From Candidatus Hydrogenedentota bacterium (lineage in GTDB: Bacteria > Hydrogenedentota > Hydrogenedentia > Hydrogenedentales > CAILVY01): 64,000 nucleotides of DNA. Shown here piece after piece: positions 1 through 9,167 of the stretch. The DNA lies in assembly GCA_903837785.1 (NCBI GenBank), contig CAILVY010000137.1, positions 15,225-79,224 on the forward strand. The letters are read 5' to 3'. Each line of letters begins with the position of its first letter. Within the stretch, counting starts at the first letter, position 1. The position numbers were made by a program, and so were the translations under genes. The notes under the pieces are model-generated. The model ran no database searches, was not told where the DNA came from, and was given only the letters and a program-made list of their open reading frames with translations.

Positions 1-2
1 GC

Positions 3-605
3 CTGCAGGCGTACCACGCCGCTTCAACCCGCATTACATCCCTCTACTGGTTCAACTTAAGCCTGAAGACCCTTGTGAAGTGGCGCGACACCCTCGATGA
101 AGTCGGGCGCATCGGCCGCGAGTTGCGGATGATTGACGAGTTCGTGCTTGAAGGGGACGCGTATCAGTTTGAACGGATAATGCGCGGCAAGAAGCCGGAT
201 TGGGACATCGCTTCGATATGCGGGCCTCGCGCGGCGCTGCTGTTCGCTTTGGACCTCGACTACGTGCCCGACCGCGATGACAAGGTGTTCAAATTCGGTG
301 ACCCCCGAAAAGCGAAGTGGCGCTTCCAATTGCCCGCTTACCTTCAGGACGTGAAGGACGTTTTCCGGCTGGACGCCGACGGCGTGTATGACACGAGATG
401 GTCGCACAAAGACTCCGCACTGGAGATTCGCGATAAGGCGAGCCGCGTGGCTATCTATATCGCGACGCCAGACGCCGGTCTTCGCGCTTCGCTTGAGGCC
501 AAACGCCAGCGGCTTGTTGCCGCCGAGGCCGCACTGCAATTCGATCCAGCGCGAAATGACGCGGATTTTCAGCAGCTTGCACAGTTGCTGGAGTCCTTGA
601 AATAG
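3..605 (+). CDS. hypothetical protein, 5' end truncated by the window edge
   Basis: The frame is open from window position 3 with no upstream stop. The stop TAG is at 603-605 and overlaps a GTG of the next ORF. The translation has protein-like composition and is not the Arg/Gly/Ala-rich kind seen in antisense ORFs. No family was recognised. Confidence 0.4.
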   Translation: MQAYHAASTRITSLYWFNLSLKTLVKWRDTLDEVGRIGRELRMIDEFVLEGDAYQFERIMRGKKPDWDIASICGPRAALLFALDLDYVPDRDDKVFKFGDPRKAKWRFQLPAYLQDVKDVFRLDADGVYDTRWSHKDSALEIRDKASRVAIYIATPDAGLRASLEAKRQRLVAAEAALQFDPARNDADFQQLAQLLESLK

Positions 606-616
606 TGCTGAAAACC

Positions 617-2017
617 ATGGAGCGGATGACCATGTGTAAGTGGATACTTGTGATAATTGCCGCTGTGATGCTGCCGGGGTTGGCCTCACAGGCCGGCGAT
701 TCCGTTCAAGTGGTTATGAGCAGCCAGGACGGTTCAAAGAGCCTGTCGTCGGAAAGCCCGCTGCAATTCGGCAAGGCGAGAAAGGCAAGAGAACCAGTTA
801 TCGAGATAGACCCGTCGAAGAAAGGGCAGTCTATTCTTGGACTGGGCGCCTCGTTTGATCACTCGACCTGCGAGAATCTCTCCAAGCTGTCCGCAGAGAA
901 GCGCGAAGAAGTCATCGACAAATTGATGAATCCGGAACGAGGCATCGGCATGAACCTGATGCGCCTGTGCATCGGCGCGTCTGATTTCATCGGCGAACCG
1001 TACTATACCTACGACGACCTGCCCGATGGCGAGACGGACCCGAAACTTGCCAAGTTCTCGATTGAGAAGGATCGCGCGTACGTGCTTCCCGCGATCAAGA
1101 CGGCGCAGAAGAAGAATCCCAACCTGTTGTTCTTCGGTTCCCCGTGGAGTCCACCTGCATGGATGAAGACCTCGGGCAAGCTTGGAACGGGCAGTCTCAA
1201 GCGGGAGTGCTATCCGGCCTTTGCGAACTATCTGCTCAAGTTCATCCAGGCGTACGAGGCCGAGGGCGTTCCGATATATGCAATAACCGTTCAAAACGAA
1301 CCTCGAATGTCCGACAAAGATTATCCCACCACCCTGTGGACCGGCGAAGAAGAGCGGGATTTTATCCGGGACCATCTCGGCCCACTCTTCAATCAGAACA
1401 ACGTCAAGGCCCTTATCTGGTGTTGGGACCACAACTGGAATCTCCTTAGTTTCCCACGGGCCATCTTGTCCGACCCGCAGGCGGCACAATACGTGGATGG
1501 CACGGGTTTCCATCTTTACGAGGGGAAGGTGGACGCCCAATCGGCGTTCCGCGCGGAATTTCCGGACAAGCACATCTACTTCACGGAAGGGTCGGTGTTC
1601 CGTCCCCATGGCGCAATCCGTTTGGCCCAAATCCTTCGCAACTGGTCCCGCTCCTATAATGCCTGGGTCATCATGCTCGACGAGCACCAGAAACCCAACC
1701 GGGGGCCGCATGACGCCAGTGCCACCTGCGTCGAACTGCTTGACGACGGATCAGTCCGCTACAACTTCGACTATTACATGCAGGGCCAGTTCATGAAATA
1801 CATCCGGCGAGGCTCGGTGCGCGTGGAATCCTCGCTGCCCGAGAGCCGCACCTTCGGAAACGTGGCCTTTTTGAATCCAGACGGCAGCGTGACGCTGGTC
1901 GTAGCAAACGCGGCTCGCGAGCCACAACCGTTCGCGGTCAAGTACGGCAAAAAGATGCTTAAGACGGAACTTCCCGCCGGGACCGTGGCAACCTACATGT
2001 GGCGGGCGGAAGACTGA
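617..2017 (+). CDS. glycoside hydrolase family 30 (GH30), GBA1-like glucosylceramidase/beta-glucosidase, secreted
   Basis: There is an N-terminal signal peptide (MTMCKWILVIIAAVMLPGLASQA). The segment FGSPWSPPAWMKTSGKLGTGSLKRECYPAFANYLLKFIQAYEAEGVPIYAITVQNEP closely parallels the human GBA1 region ASPWTSPTWLKTNG...ENEP, and the Glu of NEP is the GH30 acid/base. The FTEGS motif matches the GH30 nucleophile region. The start is uncertain between 605 (GTG) and 617/626/632 (ATG). Confidence 0.85.
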   Translation: MERMTMCKWILVIIAAVMLPGLASQAGDSVQVVMSSQDGSKSLSSESPLQFGKARKAREPVIEIDPSKKGQSILGLGASFDHSTCENLSKLSAEKREEVIDKLMNPERGIGMNLMRLCIGASDFIGEPYYTYDDLPDGETDPKLAKFSIEKDRAYVLPAIKTAQKKNPNLLFFGSPWSPPAWMKTSGKLGTGSLKRECYPAFANYLLKFIQAYEAEGVPIYAITVQNEPRMSDKDYPTTLWTGEEERDFIRDHLGPLFNQNNVKALIWCWDHNWNLLSFPRAILSDPQAAQYVDGTGFHLYEGKVDAQSAFRAEFPDKHIYFTEGSVFRPHGAIRLAQILRNWSRSYNAWVIMLDEHQKPNRGPHDASATCVELLDDGSVRYNFDYYMQGQFMKYIRRGSVRVESSLPESRTFGNVAFLNPDGSVTLVVANAAREPQPFAVKYGKKMLKTELPAGTVATYMWRAED

Positions 2018-2817
2018 AAAATGATGTGCCTCCGATGGCGATGTTGTGAACACGCCGAATGATCCGATGAGAGAAATCCAGAGCAAGTTGGCAAGACGAA
2101 TGCTTAAATGGAGCCTTGGAGCTGGTTTCATCTTGGCGGTGACCGCCTCGCAGGGTCTCTCGCCTTCGAGTTGGACTGTGCCCTCCGCGAGGTGGCCGAC
2201 GCCCAGCGAAGCGGTGACTTCGAGAGCATGATCGAAGTCGTGGCAGTCGTGGCTACAATCAACAAGATCCGCCTCTTGATTGAACACAGTCGGGAAAGCT
2301 GGCTTGTCCATGCCGCCCGCCGCGCCAGAGAGTCCCGGTAATGGGCGAGCGCTGGAAAGACCTAGAACGCACAGCGGCGACATTTCTTGGCGGTCGAAGA
2401 ATTATCAGGCGGTGGGATTTGTTCGAGAGTACTCCCGATTAGATTTCCTGGGGCAACTCTTGAAGGAGCTTCGAGAGCGTCGGAATTTGTAGAAAAGGGT
2501 CTATTCCGCGCCTTGGGGCTGTTTTTGTCGTTTTTTTGTTTCGCTAAGAACGAATGCTTGTACATCTGATGTTGTGGCGCAAGTCCTTCCATTTTCAAGA
2601 GATATCCTAATTCTGGGTGCGTAGGCGCATAGATTCTCGCTAGGCGAATTGTGCGGTACGCCTGCGTCCATCGGTTCCGTCGGGTGTCCATCCGGTCATT
2701 TTGTCAAACGGTGAACCTGCCGTGCAAGCAGGGGTGCATGTACTAGATGCAACTCATTGACACCCCGTGCATATTGGGATATTCTGTCATGAGGGCATTG
2801 GTCAAATAGAGGATCAT

Positions 2818-3138
2818 GTCATGAAAGACTTACTCTTGTCCTTTATTAACCGTGACTCCATTATTGGTTTTTTCGGCTCACTGGGTGTCATGATTTTGGC
2901 AAATGTGCTTGCCTTTGGACTGGAAGTTCTTTTTGTCAAACCCATTTCCATGAATGCCGGTGCCTTCGTCTTCGTAAGTTTCTTTCTCACTTCTGGTCCG
3001 ATAACCGGAACGATTCTCTGGTTATGGTTCCGAAATTCCAAGTCGGACTTTGCACGTGGCGCATTGGTATTTGCCATCGTCACATTCGTCTTTAGTGTTC
3101 TTATGTTTAGTAGCACGACGCCACCTCAAATGAGGTGA
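2818..3138 (+). CDS. small hypothetical membrane protein (3 predicted TM helices) in a lower-GC islet
   Basis: ATG at 2818 is preceded by AGAGGA at 2805-2810. The translation is hydrophobic with three helix-length segments. Local GC is about 45% against about 65% for the window. No family was recognised. Confidence 0.35.
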   Translation, partial: VMKDLLLSFINRDSIIGFFGSLGVMILANVLAFGLEVLFVKPISMNAGAFVFVSFFLTSGPITGTILWLWFRNSKSDFARGALVFAIVTFVFSVLMFSSTTPPQMR

Positions 3139-3145
3139 TTGCAGG

Positions 3146-3349
3146 ATGACGCATGGCGTTATTCCTTTTTTCGTTGATACTTTCAACAGGGAGATCCGCG
3201 TCTTTGGAGCGGACGTACACAGCGAAAAGCCCTACGGGTGGTTAAGGGTGGCGGGCAAAAAGGGGACCCAAGAATGCGGTGTGGGGGCGCGTGTTGTAGG
3301 GGGGGGTTGTCTTACCCTTCTGATGTGCCGATCGTTGATTCTGGCATGA
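3146..3349 (+). CDS. small hypothetical protein (67 aa) containing a G8 homopolymer near its 3' end
   Basis: ATG at 3146 is preceded by AGGTGA at 3133-3138 with a 7-nt spacer. The G8 run at 3299-3306 lies inside the ORF. No homology was recognised. Confidence 0.25.
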   Translation: MTHGVIPFFVDTFNREIRVFGADVHSEKPYGWLRVAGKKGTQECGVGARVVGGGCLTLLMCRSLILA

Positions 3350-3737
3350 TAAAGTCGCAATAACAGAGCGTCTTACGAGTTCCGGTAATGTGCCTCAGAC
3401 CTTCTCCCGCCCAAGGCTTCCTTACCTTGCGGTCCTTCAACGGCATTAGCCGCTTCTTGCTTTGCCCCTGTCTCAGTAACTTCATGTGGGAGAAACCGGC
3501 TTCTAGCCCAAATTCTGACTCGTAAATCCGCTCTCCACATCTTCCTGAGTCTGTGCGCCCTCTCATGTCAGATGAACGCAATTCTCGGCGATTTCCCTGA
3601 GTTCTTCAGCTTTCCTGAGCAAATTCACTTTAGGCGAAATTGAACTTGGCAAGTCAATCCTGAGTCAACGAGGCGAAGATCAAAGCGAGAGCGCCAATAG
3701 GCTCTTGTATAACCCATTGGCGCTCAGTAACTTTCAT

Positions 3738-3813
<76 letters not shown>

Positions 3814-3856
3814 TGAGCAGTGAATCTTAGCAAAGAAGCGGGCCGTATGTCAAAGC

Positions 3857-5449
3857 TTAGCCGCGGGCGGCGACCACACGGTTCCTTCCGAGCCGCTTGG
3901 CTTCATACAAGGCCTGATCCGCGGCGGAGAAGATGCGGTCAATCGTGTCGCCGTTCACGGGCGCGACCGCCAGCCCGATGCTGAGCGACAGCACAATGCC
4001 CGGCCCGCCGAAGTCGATCGTCGCGATGTGCTCGCGGAGGCGTTCGGCCACGAGAAAGCCCTCGCTGACGCCCGCGCCCGGAAGCAGCACCGCCAGTTCG
4101 TCGCCGCCGTAGCGGAAGGCGAGGTCGGAACTCCGGATGAGCCCCGAGATCCCGTTGCCGACGGAGCGCAAGACATGGTCGCCGACCAGGTGCCCAAAAC
4201 GGTCATTGATCTCCTTGAAGCGGTCCACGTCGATCATCATCAGGCACAACCGTTCCCCTTCCTGGCGTGCCTGGGCGAGCCGGGCATGGAAGATCGTGTC
4301 GAAATGGCGCCGGGTGTAGAGGCCGGTCAGGACGTCGGTCACGGCCTCCGTGTAAAGCCGCGCGTTCTCGAAGGCCACCGCGATGTGCTTCTCGAGCACG
4401 GCAATAAGCCGTTCCCCGGCTGCCGCGAGCGGCGTGGCCGGCCGGTGCACGAGGATGTACACGAGTGGAATGCCTTCATTGTGGATGGCCAAGTGGACCT
4501 CGCCCGCATCGGGGGTGATTTCCGTCGGCAGCGGCCTTTCCAGCCAGCGCAGGATCCGGCCCTCGAGCGGACTGCCCGCATCGATCTTGTTTCGCAAGCC
4601 CTGAGCGCGGTTCGGCATCCAGGTGACACATCGGAAGTTGTTGTCGGGCCGCGGCAGCACGATATCGACGGCGCGGGCGTCGAGCAGATCCTGGAGAATC
4701 CCCACAACCGTTGTCTCCAGCTCTTCCACGTGAATCGACCGGCTGAGGCGATTCACCACCGCGTACAGCGACGAAAGCTCTTCTTCCCGGCGCAGAATGC
4801 CCCCGGCAAAGCGGTTCGCGCTTCTGTTCCAAAGGAAACCGAGCACGAGAATCGACATCAAACCCGTCGCGGCAACCGCCAACTCAATTTTCCCGATGAG
4901 CCGGTAGGTTTCGCCGAGTTCCCGGTCGATGACCAGCACCCCGGCATTGGCGGACGCCGTCCCGTGACAGCCCTGGCACGCCGTCTCGTTCGGGAACGCT
5001 GTGACATTCCGGAGCACCTCCGCGCCCTTGTATCGCGTGCGTACCGTATGGCGCGCGCGGGCGTCCACGGGATTGTTGTGACACGTGGCGCACGCTTCCT
5101 CGGAACGCACGTCAAATCTCCGGCCGATGTCCGCCGCATCTGACGAAAACACCACGAGGTCATTTGTGTTGATGATGAACGCGCGCGCAATCGTACTGGG
5201 AGGTTTCGTCAGGCCCGCGATGGTTTCCTGGATCGTTCCGGCGTCCCTCGCCAGCATTAACCCTTTGATGCTCGCACGGAGGGCGTGACCCATCTCTTCT
5301 GTCTTGCGCGCGCCATCCGCAAATAGCCCGTAGCCCAGCGTGAGGCCCAGGAAGATCATCGTGCTGAGAAGAAGGAACGCCAACCCGAGAAGCATATTGC
5401 GCTTCAACGGGTAGACCCAGCGAACGCGTGACAAATCAGCTTGTATCAT
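3857..5449 (-). CDS. diguanylate cyclase: TM - periplasmic di-heme (2x CXXCH) sensor - TM - GAF-like - GGDEF
   Basis: The C-terminus carries a GGDEF domain (RFGHLVGDHVL...FRYGGDELAVLL...ALYEAKRLGRNRV). The periplasmic region between two hydrophobic segments contains CATCH and CQGCH about 40 aa apart. The start is probably M at 5449 (MIQADLS...), although the ORF runs to 5500. Confidence 0.8.
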   Translation of the reverse strand: MIQADLSRVRWVYPLKRNMLLGLAFLLLSTMIFLGLTLGYGLFADGARKTEEMGHALRASIKGLMLARDAGTIQETIAGLTKPPSTIARAFIINTNDLVVFSSDAADIGRRFDVRSEEACATCHNNPVDARARHTVRTRYKGAEVLRNVTAFPNETACQGCHGTASANAGVLVIDRELGETYRLIGKIELAVAATGLMSILVLGFLWNRSANRFAGGILRREEELSSLYAVVNRLSRSIHVEELETTVVGILQDLLDARAVDIVLPRPDNNFRCVTWMPNRAQGLRNKIDAGSPLEGRILRWLERPLPTEITPDAGEVHLAIHNEGIPLVYILVHRPATPLAAAGERLIAVLEKHIAVAFENARLYTEAVTDVLTGLYTRRHFDTIFHARLAQARQEGERLCLMMIDVDRFKEINDRFGHLVGDHVLRSVGNGISGLIRSSDLAFRYGGDELAVLLPGAGVSEGFLVAERLREHIATIDFGGPGIVLSLSIGLAVAPVNGDTIDRIFSAADQALYEAKRLGRNRVVAARG

Positions 5450-5658
5450 GGCCGCCTCGGCTTTGGTTCCCAACGCAATGCCGCGGACAGCATACAGCAC
5501 CGCCTCCCATGAGGCAATGGGATGGCAAGAAGACCAGTCGCGCAGGGTGGGCGATGCGTTAGCGGAGCGCGCCGCAAATTCTGCGCGCGCCGCCCGTTCT
5601 CGGCTAGAATGTCAACGTGTGAGTGAGGTTTATGGCGGATTCGCCCAAGGAGAAACAC

Positions 5659-6426
5659 ATGCACTTCACAGGCAACACGGTGATCGTGACCGGAGGCGCC
5701 CAAGGCATCGGCATGGCCGTAACGTTCGCCTTTGCCCGCGAAGGCGCCTCGGTCGTGATTGCGGACATCGACCCCGAAGCGGGGGAGGAGCATCTCGCCA
5801 CATTGTTGTCCGCGGGGCATGCCGCCGCATTTCTGCAAACTGACGTCGCGGACGAATCGGGCGTACGCTCCCTGATGGGCTACACTGCCGAGCGCTTCGG
5901 CAAAGTGGATGTACTCATCAACAACGCGGGCTACATGGAAACGATGCCGCTGCTGGACCGGCCCGTGGAGAACTGGGATCGCTGCCTGGCCGTGAACCTG
6001 CGGGGACCCTTCCTCTGTGCGAAATATGCCGTGCCGCACATGCCGCCCGGTTCCACGATCATCAATATTGCCTCGACGCGCGCGCTCATGTCCGAACCGG
6101 ACACGGAACCCTATTCCGCGTCCAAAGGGGGCCTGCTCGGCCTGACGCACGCCTTGGCGGCGAGCCTCGGCCCGCGGCGCATCCGCGTCAACGCCGTGAG
6201 CCCCGGCTGGATCGACGTCTCGAACTGGAAAAAGCGCTCGCGCCGCGCACAAGCCCCGCTCAGCCCCCGGGACCACGAGCAGCACTTCGCGGGACGCGTC
6301 GGACGCCCCGAGGACATTGCGCAGGCCTGCCTCTACCTCGCGGACAGCGAACGCGCGGGTTTCATCACCGGGCAGAACCTGGTCATCGACGGGGGAATGA
6401 CGATCAAGATGATCTACGAGGAATAG
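5659..6426 (+). CDS. SDR family NAD(P)-dependent oxidoreductase (FabG-like)
   Basis: The TGGAQGIG Rossmann motif, NNAG, and the catalytic YSASK (YxxxK) motif are present. AAGGAG at 5647-5652 sits 6 nt upstream of ATG 5659. An alternative start is at 5632. Confidence 0.85.
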   Translation: MHFTGNTVIVTGGAQGIGMAVTFAFAREGASVVIADIDPEAGEEHLATLLSAGHAAAFLQTDVADESGVRSLMGYTAERFGKVDVLINNAGYMETMPLLDRPVENWDRCLAVNLRGPFLCAKYAVPHMPPGSTIINIASTRALMSEPDTEPYSASKGGLLGLTHALAASLGPRRIRVNAVSPGWIDVSNWKKRSRRAQAPLSPRDHEQHFAGRVGRPEDIAQACLYLADSERAGFITGQNLVIDGGMTIKMIYEE

Positions 6427-6435
6427 GCGGCCGCG

Positions 6436-6819
6436 CTAGCGCTTGCGCACCGCCTTGATGAGCGCTTCCATGTGGCGGAGATACTTGTCGAGCGCCCGGC
6501 GGCCTTCGTCCGTGATGCGGTACTCCGTGCGCGGCGTTCGGCCCGCATAGCCCTTCGTGCAGGAGATCAACGCGGCCTCTTCCAGCTTCCGCGCGTGCAC
6601 GCTCAGATTGCCGTCGCTCGTATCGAGCAAGTCCTTCAACTCGTTGAACGTGAGCGACTCGTTCACCGCGAGCGCGCTTATAATGGCCAGGCGAATCCGC
6701 TCATGGATCAGGCGCGACGCCGCGCCCTCGTCCGCCTCCACCGACGGATTCGCCATCGCGCGCAGCGGGGCCGCCGCGGCCTCGGCCGCCCTCATCCGTA
6801 CTGCATCCTCCCGCGCCAT
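6436..6819 (-). CDS. winged-helix transcriptional regulator (PadR/ArsR-like wHTH)
   Basis: The segment LIHERIRLAIISALAVNESLTFNELKDLLDTSDGNLSVHARKLEEAALI...EYRITDEGRRALDKYL is a helix-turn-helix plus wing. ATG at 6817-6819 overlaps by 1 nt the TGA of the upstream membrane-protein gene (plus-strand tcatg), so the two are translationally coupled. The ORF as given in the track (to 7053) is over-extended. Confidence 0.6.
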   Translation of the reverse strand: MAREDAVRMRAAEAAAAPLRAMANPSVEADEGAASRLIHERIRLAIISALAVNESLTFNELKDLLDTSDGNLSVHARKLEEAALISCTKGYAGRTPRTEYRITDEGRRALDKYLRHMEALIKAVRKR

Positions 6820-6821
6820 CA

Positions 6822-7463
6822 GCCGTTGTACCTCCAGGCGATAACCAGTCCGCACACGATATGGAAGCACCCAAACCCGCCGAGCAGGAACGCGTCGGCC
6901 AGCGTAATCGGGCCCCACAACACCGCGCCCAGCGCCATCGGCGGATAGAACGCCCACACGCCCAGAACCATGAACGCGGCCCCGGTGATCGGCAAGACCC
7001 GGATCGAAAACGCGCCGCCCGTCACCGCACCCACCCCGTAAAGCAGCAGCCACGTGCCCGGCATCAGCGCATCGAGGCGCATCTCATAGAAGATCTCCGT
7101 CAACACCACCCCCGCCAGGATCGGCGGAAACAGGCCCAGCGCGAAACGCCGCACCACCCCCCAGAACACCGGCGTCGGGCGCCGGCGCGCCTTCAGCACC
7201 AGCGCGGCGAAGCTCGTCAGGCATCCCACGCACGCCACCCCAAGCCAGCAGTAGATCCACCAGTCGTCGCTCCGGCGCAGCGCCGCGAGATACCCCCCCG
7301 CAAGCGCGATTAATCCCGTCGCCACTGTCCCCCCGCCCGATACCGCCGTCAACGGCGCCGACCGCGCCATCGTGTCCCGGATGAATGAAAGGTTGTCCAG
7401 CGCCCGCTCATGCAGCGCAATGGCCGGCGCAACGTCCTCTTGACTGGGCTCCACGTCTCTCAT
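6822..7463 (-). CDS. polytopic membrane protein co-transcribed with the wHTH regulator
   Basis: The translation has 5-6 hydrophobic helices. I propose the start at M 7463 (MRDVEPSQ...), because 7464-7556 is AT-rich and holds the AAGTACTT palindromes and so looks non-coding. The track start 7556 is an alternative. Confidence 0.5.
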
Positions 7464-7495
7464 GCCCCCATCGTAGCGCCGGCCTCTTGCATTGT

Positions 7496-7547
7496 CAAGT
7501 ACTTTATGGTACAAAGTGAATAGAAGCTTTGCAGGACAAAGTACTTG
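7496..7547. promoter_or_regulatory. two copies of the perfect palindrome AAGTACTT (7498-7505 and 7539-7546) in the AT-rich divergent intergenic region, a candidate operator for the wHTH regulator
   Basis: CAAGTACTTT at 7496-7505 and AAAGTACTTG at 7538-7547 are reverse complements of each other. An additional half-site ACAAAGT lies at 7511-7517. The region is the only AT-rich stretch between divergent genes 6822..7463 and 7577..9127. Confidence 0.45.
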
Positions 7548-7576
7548 CTGGAACAAAAGAACGGAAGGAGGCCGCT

Positions 7577-9127
7577 ATGAAAACCAATCAACGCATCGCA
7601 TGGGCGTGCGCCCACATCAATCTGGCCATTGCCCTGGGCCTGGCCGTGTTCTTCTGCTTCGCGCCCGCGGTCCTGCTGGTCTGGAACCTCTTCGACCCGG
7701 GCATCGCGGGGAATCAGATTCCGAAAATGACCCTCGGGCTGCACCACCGCCTGGCGCCCACCCTTGATCGCTGGGCCCGCGACCGCGTGGCATCCGAAAA
7801 GGCCGCCGCGCTGACGGGCGAGAACGTGCCGGGCACGGAGTGGCCGATCTTCACGGCCCTCTTCTTCCTCTGGTCCACCGAAACGCTCCAGGCGGCTTGG
7901 GAGCAGGGGGATCAGCGAGCCGCGCCCGCCCCAAAGGACGACGCACGGCGTGCCATTAATTCGCTGACGGCCCTCGTGCTGGATCCCAACCACGCGGCGT
8001 GGGTGCGGCGGCTCTGGGGCGACGACTATCTCCATCACGACAACCTGTTCTACCGCTATGCGCGCATCGCCGCCATGACGTCGCACTATCGGCTCAGCGC
8101 CGATGCACAGTATCTTCCGATGCTGCGCGATGAAGTGGACCGCCTCGCCGCCGACCTCGACTGCTCGCCCGCCGGCCTGCTCGAGGACTATCCCGAAGAG
8201 TGCTATCCCGCCGACGTCCTGGCCGCGTGGATGTGCATCAAACGCGCAGACGCAGCGCTGGGCATGGACCACGGCGCGGCGCTGGCGCGGGGACGGCGCG
8301 CCTTCGAAGGCACAACCCTCGACGCGCACGGCCTGCCGCCCTATCTGGCCGACGCGGTGCGCGGCTGGCCCGTCGGCCCCGCGCGCGGCTGCAGCAATTC
8401 CTACATCTGCAGCGTGGCGCCCGACCTCTGGCCGGACGCCGCCGCCGTGTGGTACGCGGCGTACGAGGCGCACTTCTGGCAAGAGCGCTGGGGCGCCGCG
8501 GGCTTTCGCGAGTTCGCCCGCGACGCCGGCGAAAGCGACTGGTACGTCGACGTGGATTCCGGCCCCTCCGTCGCGGGGCACGGCGTGTCGGCCTCGGCCT
8601 TCGGCGTGAGCGCCGCCCGGCTCAATGGACGCTTTGATCACGCCTATCCGCTTGCGGCCGAAATGCTCGCGGTGAGCTGGATGCTCCCCAACGGACGCCT
8701 CCTCATGCCGCGCATTCTCTCCAATGCGGTGCATGCCCCGTATCTCGGCGAAACCGCCATACTCTGGCAACTGACCCGCACTACGCCGCGGGACATTCCG
8801 ATTCGCGACGGCGGCGCGCTGCCCCCGCTCGTGCCGGGTATGCTGCTTGCCTATTGCTTCGTGGGCGGGCTGACGATCTTCGCGGCCATTCGGGCAGGGA
8901 AGGCCGTCCAACGCGCCGTGCTGCCCGCCCCGCGGATTCAAGCCGCGGTCTGGGCGATGCTGTTGTTTGGCAGCGCGGCGATGCTTTGCGCGGGCTGGAC
9001 GGCCGGATCGCTCATGGCCTTGCTCTGCGCCTTGATCCTGCCGCGAACCCGTGGACGCCGCCCCGGCCGCGAGGCCGCCGCCGAGCCCAGCCCCGTTCCA
9101 AGCCCCCTTAGCCCCCAGCAACCATAA
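7577..9127 (+). CDS. hypothetical membrane-anchored protein (516 aa)
   Basis: GGAAGGAGG at 7563-7571 sits 5 nt upstream of ATG 7577. There are N-terminal and C-terminal TM segments. The composition is protein-like and Trp/Tyr-rich, unlike the overlapping antisense ORF 7460..9121. No family was recognised. Confidence 0.55.
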   Translation: MKTNQRIAWACAHINLAIALGLAVFFCFAPAVLLVWNLFDPGIAGNQIPKMTLGLHHRLAPTLDRWARDRVASEKAAALTGENVPGTEWPIFTALFFLWSTETLQAAWEQGDQRAAPAPKDDARRAINSLTALVLDPNHAAWVRRLWGDDYLHHDNLFYRYARIAAMTSHYRLSADAQYLPMLRDEVDRLAADLDCSPAGLLEDYPEECYPADVLAAWMCIKRADAALGMDHGAALARGRRAFEGTTLDAHGLPPYLADAVRGWPVGPARGCSNSYICSVAPDLWPDAAAVWYAAYEAHFWQERWGAAGFREFARDAGESDWYVDVDSGPSVAGHGVSASAFGVSAARLNGRFDHAYPLAAEMLAVSWMLPNGRLLMPRILSNAVHAPYLGETAILWQLTRTTPRDIPIRDGGALPPLVPGMLLAYCFVGGLTIFAAIRAGKAVQRAVLPAPRIQAAVWAMLLFGSAAMLCAGWTAGSLMALLCALILPRTRGRRPGREAAAEPSPVPSPLSPQQP

Positions 9128-9167
9128 GGCCCGGGCCGTCCATGGGCAGAACGCCTATGGCACGCGG

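Noticed and set aside
2108-2341. Possible HEPN (HepT-like) toxin remnant, based on an R-x4-H motif (IRLLIEH) in a 77-aa ORF
   Set aside because: The canonical RNxxxHxY context is absent. No nucleotidyltransferase partner is present. The ORF is short and has no RBS. I treat it as chance.
3350-3737. Recurrent TCCTGAG heptamer (4 copies) between the small ORFs and the tRNA. I also looked for a tRNA 3'-end direct repeat (att site)
   Set aside because: The heptamer copies are irregularly spaced and unstructured. No copy of the tRNA 3' end (more than 12 nt) was found anywhere in 2000-3737, so an intact integrated element is not supported.
4028-5143. 371-aa plus-strand ORF
   Set aside because: It is antisense to the GGDEF gene. 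It is a low-complexity, Arg-rich shadow ORF.
5446-6285. 279-aa minus-strand ORF
   Set aside because: It is antisense to the SDR gene, which has clear motifs and an RBS.
7460-9121. 553-aa minus-strand ORF overlapping the 7577..9127 plus-strand gene
   Set aside because: The translation is Arg/Gly/Ala-dominated, as expected for an antisense shadow ORF in high-GC DNA. The plus-strand gene has an RBS, TM helices and normal composition.
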